Shown: piece after piece, positions 55,565 through 64,000 of the stretch
How the letters are laid out: every line of letters starts with the position of its first letter
Position numbering within the stretch: position 1 is the stretch's first letter
Origin: Ascidiella aspersa
Lineage: Eukaryota
Length of the DNA: 64,000 bases
Assembly (NCBI GenBank): GCA_963924565.1
Contig: OZ004608.1
Span: 33,852,001 to 33,916,000 of the forward strand
Direction: 5' to 3'
Program-made: the position numbers and the translations under genes
Notes under the pieces: model-generated
What the model was told of the DNA's origin: nothing
The model's database searches: none
What the model saw: the letters and a program-made list of their open reading frames with translations, nothing else

Positions 55565-57463
55565 CAGGGGCGGATTAAGGCGTGGGCTGAGGGGCTGCAG
55601 CCCCAGGCCCACTAACAAAAATAGGCCCACCGCTAACAACTTAATATGACCAACCGAAGTTATCTTGTATAAAAAGTTATATTTTAGAGATATCACCACA
55701 TCTTTTTTTGAGACCGTCAGGCTGTAAACTTGTGACGTCTGTGCATGCTTGTTACTACACAAATTAAGCTACTATGCGAAAACAAACTTATAACAAACCA
55801 CAATGAGCTACCCTAAGTAATGTTTAGCTCAGCCAGATTGTTACAGGACCTAAAAATCGTGAATGTTTCAAATAATTATTTCGGTGTTGTGCCAGCATGC
55901 TTCGTAAGGTAACAAGCCTCATAGGCAGTGTTAAAGAATTTGTTGTGTAGAGGAGTGTTACAAAAACATGTTAGAATGTGATGTAAGTATAAGGTTTGAC
56001 GAAGTCATGTTTCATGCTAAATTACAAATAAGACTAAAATACAAAAAGTGGTTAGGAAAAGCAAAAATCTAGAAAAGAGAAAAAGTGCGATTGGTGAGCG
56101 GGGACAACTCTGAAAACACATTACCTGACCCATCAAACAGATTTGAAGAAGAACCGTGTTTGCTTTTTCCGTTTCTGGCGGAACTATACCAAGTCTAACC
56201 GTAATATTAAAAAGTGTGCTAAGACTTTGCTTCAGTGTTTTACCCAGATGATCTGAAAAAATCACTGCCTGAAGAGATGATTCATTTTTCTTCACTGCTA
56301 AAACCATTTTAACATAGAAAGTAGCAGCTCAAATGTTTAGATTTGTTAGGGAAAATGAGTTCATGTATGCGTTTTGTAACGTGTCTTTTGTATTAAGGAT
56401 GCATCTTTTATCTAATGCTTACCAATTGTTTAGGCGAACGCTTATTTTCGGTCCTTAAAAGACTACCAAAATGGGTTCGTCTATTCCAAGGGTCGGAACC
56501 TACGAGCCGCGAATACAATTCATCTGGCCCGCCGCCTCTTTGACAAATTAGACAGAGTTTATTTCACATGCTTTTTGACTATTTTAACTACGTAATTGCA
56601 ACAAATTTCCTCGCTTTGCGCGAATGACCATTTTACGTCCGGTTTGTTTACGTTTTGATGCTGTCTTTTCAACTATCAGCGCTTCTTTACCGTTGCGCCG
56701 TGGAAGGCTGCCAAGTGCGTCACGGCGCAACGGAAAACGTATTCAAAAATATTGGACATATATTTTATTAAGAACTTTTATTTTTATTTTCGGCAATGTA
56801 ATAAAAACTTGAAAGAAATTTAAAAGAAATACCGCTATACCAAAAAAAATCGCGCTCGCTTTGCTGACCAGGTGCGCCTTGACTTAAAACGCTTAACAAA
56901 CACTGATTTAACTTTAAATGTTATCGCGTTCCCTCAAAGTAGTTTTATTACACTTGTCATTAGTAGTATGGATGACGACGTGTGAACTCGAATTTTAAAC
57001 CAAACAAATCCCTTTTTTCGCGCTTCGCGTCAACACTTTACTGTCTCTGAAAATGTACCTAAACACGTTTTAAGTGAAAAAAATATCCGAGGCTCCCCTG
57101 ATTGACAGTTGATCTAACATTTCAATAACACAATTCTTAGTTGTCATGTGTGAGGCCCGCAGAGACCTTTCTGCGTTTGGTTTTGGCTCGCGACTAGAGT
57201 TGCCGACTCCTGTCTGCTCAATGGGCCAAAATAGGTTGCATTCCTTAGCTCCACTCTGTATTAAAATCGAGATTTCGGAAAAAAAATACACAGCTATGAA
57301 GTGATCCACAGCATTGTTTTATGTCAAACTAGAAAACATGTTAATTGAATCTGTTTGCTAGGTGAATTAATTTTGGTTGGAACAGTAAACAGAACGAAAA
57401 TAGACCCATAGGCCTCTGACTACCATACAGCCCCAGGTCCATCAAAACCTTAATCCGGTCCTC
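55565..57463 (+). mobile_element. Decayed hAT (Tip100-like) transposon with transposase remnant
   Basis: TIR caggggcggattaagg / ccttaatccggtcctc; TSD gctatagc/gctatagg; hAT dimerization-domain relic LMLTNCLGERLFSVLKRL (about 56410-56465) continuing MGQNRLHSL (about 57221). Confidence 0.78.
56487..57212. mobile_element. hAT MITE interrupting the transposase remnant
   Basis: caagggtcggaac / gttgccgactcctg ends; splits the dimerization-domain relic. Confidence 0.65.
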
Positions 57464-58271
57464 GCTATAGGCCTATATCATGTGTATATACACATACTTC
57501 CAAGTGATGATCCATACATGTCACCCTAAACTCTATTTTTTGCTTGGTTTATTAAATAATTCAAAAATATATTTTTTCGCGATTCACGAATCATATCTGT
57601 CTTTTCAATATGTTTTACGCGTTTTTTTGCAGATTGACAGCCTAATAGCAACTTCTGTACAGTGGCACTCTTTTAAACGAAAGTTTTGGAAACTTAATAC
57701 TAAGTGCATTTTTTACGCTTGAATCGAATGTATTCAGTCTTTAAAATATTAACAAAGACCATGGTATAACGGCCCTCTTCCAATCTCCTAATATTTGAGA
57801 TCCTCTTGTTGACCGAGTGTGCCACACAATTATGTGCTTTTCATTGCATTAGAAATAAGTTTTGCAACCCTTATTACGTCTGCCATGGGCCAATTGCAAT
57901 ACAAAACAGTGCTAGGGGGTAACTATATTTAGACAAACAACTGACGTTTAATTGGGTGTATAAACTTCACAGTCAACATATAAAGTGCTTTCTTGCAATA
58001 AACACAACATGAAAGGCATTGTTGTAAATATCCTCTCTTGGGTTAGTTTTTTGTGTCAAAGCGACTTGAACTAACTTTTTTAATCCAAGATTTTTAAAAC
58101 TTGGATAAAAAATATAGGCTGTATTTAAATTGAATACATTCTTCGTAAAATCGTGAATTCTACTTTAAATGTTACGCTTAAAGCAGACTTTCAGTTTACT
58201 CGTTAGAATCACTTGTTTACAATCTGATGAGAAGTATCGTTTTACGAAAACCAGTTGTTAAAAGGTCCTCT

Positions 58272-58282
58272 GGGAATTTCCC
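58272..58282. promoter_or_regulatory. NF-kB consensus site GGGAATTTCC(C)
   Basis: Matches GGGRNNYYCC on both strands; lies in an 80-bp block duplicated at about 60157-60235. Confidence 0.4.
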
Positions 58283-60195
58283 AGATTAAAAGACCCAACT
58301 TTTGGGTATCGTTGGACCAGGAGTCACCAAACTACAGCCCGCGGGCCAGATCCGCCGGGACAATTAGTTCGGTCTGCGACATATTTCCTTAATGAAGACG
58401 ATTGAAATTCAAAACTAAATTTTATTGAAATTGTAAACTGTATGACAATCTATTAAGGCCGACCATAGTTGTTATTGCAAAGTTATGTATATTTCCTTTG
58501 TCAACAATAATTAGGTTAATGAAGTTCAACAAAAATATGTATTCTGTTTAGTAAGTCGTCAAACTTGTCACCGCCAATCGGTGTACCTCAAAAATAAAAT
58601 ATTTACTAATATTCAGGTGAAGAAAGTCCTAATTATATTTTGAACATATCTCTAGAAACAAAATAAAAAAATTGTCATTTGTTATATTATTACACAATAT
58701 TAGTCATAAACAATATATATAGTGACATCCTACCCTGTTGGCTTAACTTTAACCTATCATACAAACAAGTTTATTCAAGGCTATACCTGTTAAATTTCTT
58801 TATAGCAGAGAATCGTATATATAAAACGCTTTACACGATTTTTTCGACTTGACAAACAAATATGTTACAATCGCACATATACATGAATCACGCCTTCTAA
58901 AAAAGGAAGTTTATTAACAGAATTTACAACTTGAACAGACCGGTAAACGTTTTCACAAGTTTCTGTGCAGAAACATAAATTGTGATACAACAGCGACCGG
59001 ATATTATCGTTTTTCGCAGCCTGTAAAAGGTTTAGTGTCAGTCCTAACTATAAAAGGGGCCGTACCTTTGCTACTTTCAACATGCAAGTTTAAATATTGT
59101 GAGAATGCAACATCGTATTCTTGGCAGGTTATCACATATAGTCGAAATATTCAAAGCGATAAAAAAGCTCCAACATTTACACAATTATGTAACATAAATG
59201 CGAACTTTCTTAAAACGTGTTTTTTAGGGATCTTATTATTACTTGTCATTTGATAGTTGCATTGGAGCTTGATTTAACCAAAACAAATTGTACGAACGGA
59301 CTGATGGCCACTTTCTGCAGTTAACAAGCCATAGCCTACTGCAAGAAAGAATGACAACCTAAAATAAAACAAAAATAATGACAAGTTGCAAAAAGAAGCA
59401 ATTCTGCTACTCAAGTGGAGGCTGCTATGAAATGTACAGAAAAGTTTTCAAACGCCAATGTAACTGCTTTGGCGAATGGTTAATTGCAAAACAAAACAGT
59501 ACAAGAAGCTTAATATTTACATAAGCCTTCTGGTAAAAATGCAGTGATGTTACCTCATTTAAAGTTAGTATTTTATGTCACTTTGACGTCCTATAAACGT
59601 CATTAGGGTAATTTGCTTAGATTAAAGCTACGTGTATAAATCGGCTGCATTTGTGATAAAATTGGTGTATTTCCTACTTTGTTACACTCAAAAAAAAAAT
59701 TACGCAAAATAGCATTAAACTGGCGTTGTTAATTAATAAAATGGCTGGAGTGGGATTTTCTTTTTCGTAAGACCTAAAGACAAAAAATGAGACTCAAAGT
59801 TTAAAAACTCGCGTGAAACCCATGATCAAAAAATTATCTAAAAGGAATATATATTTCGCCCAAACTGGCGTTATCAGTTTCTGTAAGTAAAGCAAAATCC
59901 ATATACACAGCAAATTAATCACAAAATTTATAAAAAAATTACAAACATATGACAGCAATGCAGAATAATTAAAAAGTTTTAAAACTAAACAGGCTATCAG
60001 GAGAAAACTATAGTTTTCTGCATGCCGATCGTAATGTAGAGCAGCGCCGCGCTGACTGGGTAACCTGGCGTGTCATTCCATAACAACAAATCGAAAAGAA
60101 AGGAAAAAAGTAAATAGAGAAGAGCTTAGGGCTAAGGTCATAAATTGCGTAACCAAGAGAAGTATCGTTTACGAGAGAAAAGTAAAAGGCCCACT

Positions 60196-60206
60196 GGGGA
60201 TTTCCC
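60196..60206. promoter_or_regulatory. NF-kB consensus site GGGGATTTCC(C)
   Basis: Matches GGGRNNYYCC on both strands; about 110 bp beyond the stop of the 282-aa gene. Confidence 0.4.
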
Positions 60207-60312
60207 GGATTAAAAGTCCCGACTTTTCTGTATCATTTCAACTGTATAGGTGTAAACACATTGCGCATAACGAAGGTGATTAACTGGAAGGCCAATATTA
60301 AAATGCTATGTG

Positions 60313-61455
60313 TTACACCACATATTTGGCAAGTGGACAGTTGTCCACTGTTTCCTCTCGATCAATTTCATCAAAGTCGGCAGTGTAAAACCGATCAATT
60401 ACACGTATTTTTTCGTTGCCGAAGAGATCATCAGCGGCAAGTTTTCCTTCTACTTCGATATTTCGTTCTTTGTATGTAGCGTGTGTGTTTGTATTTGCAT
60501 TCACCGAAAACTTCAACTCTTCACCACCATATGTAATTGAAATACGCTGGTTTAAGTTCATGAAAAGACATGTGTGCTTTTCGCCATCCCTTGATATTTC
60601 TAGCAAAGACCGGGAACCATTTCTAAAAATGACTGCAAGCCTGACAATACCGCTTTCAGGGGCATTCACGGTTTTGGTTTGTTTGGGTTCAATGCCCTTG
60701 TAGTCTCCGAATTTCCATTCCTTGACATTCCCGGGACCAAATTTGACTTTGACGAGAATTGATTGGTTTCTTCCGACGAACACCATAGTTGTTCGTTTTG
60801 GAGGAATTCGATTTTTTTTGTGAGGTTGCGGAGAGGCATTAGGGCTCACAGTATTATCACTCTCACATGGCACAGGGCCTAAAAGATAATCGAAAATTAC
60901 ACCATCATCTGTATTTGAGTATTTTAAATAAAATATTGAAATATACTGGATAAACATGTTCCGTTTACGAACAAGTACAATCAATAGTTTTATTAAACGT
61001 TGTGTGCAAGTTTTAAAACACAAGACAAGAAAGAATTATACTAACAGGTAGGCCAAATCTGTACATTTAGATAACTCCTAAATAACTAACTGCGATAGCG
61101 CGAAGCGTAAAAAAGCTATTTTTATATACACACAAAACAGTTACTTCTCTAGAAATTATTATGTTTTCTTACTCTTAAGCGGCTTGGAACTGCTTTTGCG
61201 CGCCGACGCCTTTCCAAGGCAATCTTTGACGTAATTGTCGACCCAGTAGTTTCCATTTTTATCCTTCCGATTAAACACGTCACTCAATTGTTGTTCAAGG
61301 ATAGCCTGTACACCATGAACTCCATTGTCGGTCGTCCAATTGTTCACATCCTTGGCATTTGCCGGAAAGCAACAGTGGCTTGCCGTACCGATTTGAAAGT
61401 GATTTTGGACCGCAACTGAACCAACATCAGGAGTAACAGTACCTAGTTTTACCAT
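60313..61455 (-). CDS. Two-coding-exon orphan gene (join 61173-61455, 60313-60878), 282 aa; RHIM-like N-terminus plus beta-rich C-domain
   Basis: ATG at 61455; donor aaga|gtaaga; acceptor cttttag|gc; phases match; open to TAA at 60313; exon structure conserved with paralog at 53783; upstream 5'UTR intron (about 61551-61820) also conserved. Confidence 0.7.
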
Positions 61456-64000
61456 ACTTAAATCACAGAACGCTTAGGAAGACTTTGGCATACCTTATTT
61501 CACTTTATTTCCTGCGTTGAACCAGGCATGTTTTGTTACTTTTCATCGCTGCAGCAAACAGGAAAAAAAAAACAGTAACTATTTTCATACGGTTATATAC
61601 AAGTGTGAGTTATTAACTACTAAGTTTTTGTACTTTCTCTTTTCGTTAAACTATGCAAAAATAGTGAGTACGGAAGGCCAATTACGACAACATGACTAAG
61701 CTGCCTTGTCGTGAAAGAAAATGCTAGATCTGGTAGCAAGTCGAACTTTACAATAATTTTATTCAGCTTGTCAAAATGTACCTCGCAGATCACTTGAAAA
61801 ACTACAGCGATTGGACCTACATTGAAACGCCTCAAATCACAACAGTTTATGCTTTACTGATTGCAGTCTTAAAATAACGCTGGAAGCCCCCAACACGACA
61901 AAATAACAAAACGATATTTGTTTTTCTGTAAATCTCGGTTGACTGATTTGCAATGCAAACACCAGTACGACCCATACGGAACCAGTCGTATGGGTTTCGA
62001 ACACACATTGACAATTTTAAAAGCAATTAAAAGTGCTGGCATATGCAATTTGTTCACAAATTTAATGCGAACGGCGTTCTCCGGGAGACTAATACTAAAT
62101 GTGGGTTGACTAAACAATAAATATTAAACTTGGCCAATTAAAGCTGCCAGTTCATCCAATTTTAAATGATAGTTTATCAGCAGCTAACCAAAACACACTA
62201 ATTGGGTCCAACCATAGCGGTAATAAGACGTTTATTGGAACTCGTTTAGTGTAAACCAGTGTTTCTTACCTGTGGTACACGTACCAGGAGTGGTGCACAA
62301 CGGCCTACTTGTTGAACGCGAGCAGTTTTACATAATGATTATACCACACAAATAGATTAACTTAGCTTATGTTTCTGTCACCATGAATCGATCTACAATC
62401 TAAACTTCCGGATAGCCTACACACATAGAAAAAGTCGCAATTATTTTTACGTATGTGCCGTACCGACTTCGTAAACGTTTTCTTAACAAAAAACAGCTAG
62501 AACAGACTTGCCATTCGGTTGTGAAATTAGCCCAGAAAATACCTAGACAAAATGTTTTAAGGTTATGTAAAAAGCAGCCTTCACTATAACAGTGAATTTG
62601 CCTTATTACTTTTATTTATATTACATTTGCAGTAATATTACGTACATCATTGGTAGCCTAAGTAAAACATATTTCTGATGCAAAACAATTTGGTTTGGCG
62701 CTCCAAGCGGGCATATATGACTTTGTAGTGAAAATGTTCATTGCCCCAAAGCATATTCAAGCCAAAATGTATTTAGACTGCTTTCGCGTAAACGCAGAAA
62801 AACAAACGTCCGTTGTTCAATGTCAAAGTCGCCTAATGAGTTATCACCCGCATAAAAGTGTGTTCTATTTTAGTCTAGCAAAAACAGCTTGCCACGACTC
62901 TCGTCGTAACATTAGTTGCTGCTGATTTGTCAAAGAAAGTGACGTGTGCTGATAAAACAGCTCAATCGGTGAGGAAACCTTGAATATTTTAAGGAAAACG
63001 TCATAAAATGTCGTCATAACGTAACGTTATTGGGCAAGTAACCGTGATAAAATTCTCATTGGCGGTCGAATTCATGCTAAATATGCAACTAAATGCGAGC
63101 ATGAAGTTTGCGTTTACTTGGTTTAGTTGGCAAACTTTATAAATACTTGGCGCAATAAGCACACAAAAAAAAAAAAAAAAAAAAAAGATTCTGAATCAAT
63201 GCGGCAAATTTTTTGATTTGCAAAGTTGGGCATTAAGATCTGTAATAATGTAGCCTAATATACAAGATTTAAAATTGACGGGTGAACATAGTAACTAAAA
63301 CATGACAAGGACCGTTTTTTTAATTGTGACTCCCATTCGCCTGCTTAATTGCTTGCTCTACATTCGGACGATAATGCTGCAGCCCTATTTGTTGCGCTGA
63401 AATGGTGTTAAAGTAAACTGACCAAGGAGTAAACCTGGACAGGAAAGTTTGGTCAAACATTAACAGGAGAAAAAGAAAAAAAGAAAAGACTACGAAAAAG
63501 GCATTCTAGTGTTATTAGTTATTCACTGGTGCGTCTTTTTCCTCATTGTTTATGGTTAACTGAAGTAGGAGTTACTATAAACTAGAGTGGACAAAGTCAT
63601 GTCAGTAAGCAACCTTCTACCGATTGTGGATTTTGGGAAATGCTCAATCGAAAGAGACGACTTTACCAGGGAAAGTCTAGTTGAAGTTGGCAATAAGCTT
63701 CTGAAGGCATTTTCAGAAGTCGGATTTGTCTATTTGAGGAATTGTGGAATAACCGAGTAAGTATGCTTTAGAACAGGGGTTCTTAAACTGGGGTCCAATG
63801 GACCCCTTGGGGGTCCGTGAATTAGTTTTAGGGGGTCCATGAAAGCCCAATTGAAATATTAGTGTATGCTAATGAAGTAATCAATTTATAAAAAAAAAAA
63901 ATTAATTAAAAACAAAACGTGTTTGCACTGAATGTATTTAGACTTAAATCCTCTTACCCATTTTTGGACCAAAATCAGCAAAATTAAAAAGTTTATTTGT

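Noticed and set aside
58900-60080. Possible spliced minus-strand gene (several acceptor- and donor-like sites)
   Set aside because: I could not assemble a convincing ORF. It may be non-coding or chance.
60879-61023. N-terminal part of the 236-aa ORF
   Set aside because: It is intronic: it precedes the cttttag acceptor and aligns with the paralog's intron.
62257-64000. MITE left ends at 62257 and 63774 (also 22636, 49919, 50280, 50568, 58318)
   Set aside because: Only one TIR could be identified for each, so boundaries cannot be supported.

Overview
Eukaryotic genomic DNA with AT-rich introns; invertebrate-type, probably a tunicate or other marine deuterostome (inference only). About 51 kb (430-51122, +) is one polycystin-1/REJ-family gene. 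I traced 51 phase-compatible exons by hand, totalling 10734 nt, i.e. about 3577 aa plus stop; the N-terminus lies upstream of the window. Domain order: WSC, multiple PKD repeats, REJ module (with an apparent SUEL/C-lectin-like Cys-rich insertion and an RKRR site), GAIN/GPS (HL|T), TM1, PLAT, further TMs, TOP/polycystin channel domain, C-terminal coiled coil. One intron holds a same-strand gene with an uninterrupted CDS for an insect-type arylalkylamine N-acetyltransferase-like GNAT (27539-28225). Introns carry many hAT, PIF and MULE MITEs, a Helitron nested in a hAT MITE, and a multimeric tRNA-like SINE family. Downstream is a rearranged block containing: a 30-bp minisatellite; a direct duplicate of the polycystin 3' region; a decayed hAT transposon; duplicated NF-kB-consensus sites; and an inverted pair of two-coding-exon orphan genes with an N-terminal RHIM-like motif (one intact, 282 aa, minus strand; one truncated and chimeric, plus strand). 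Coordinates were counted manually and no database searches were run.
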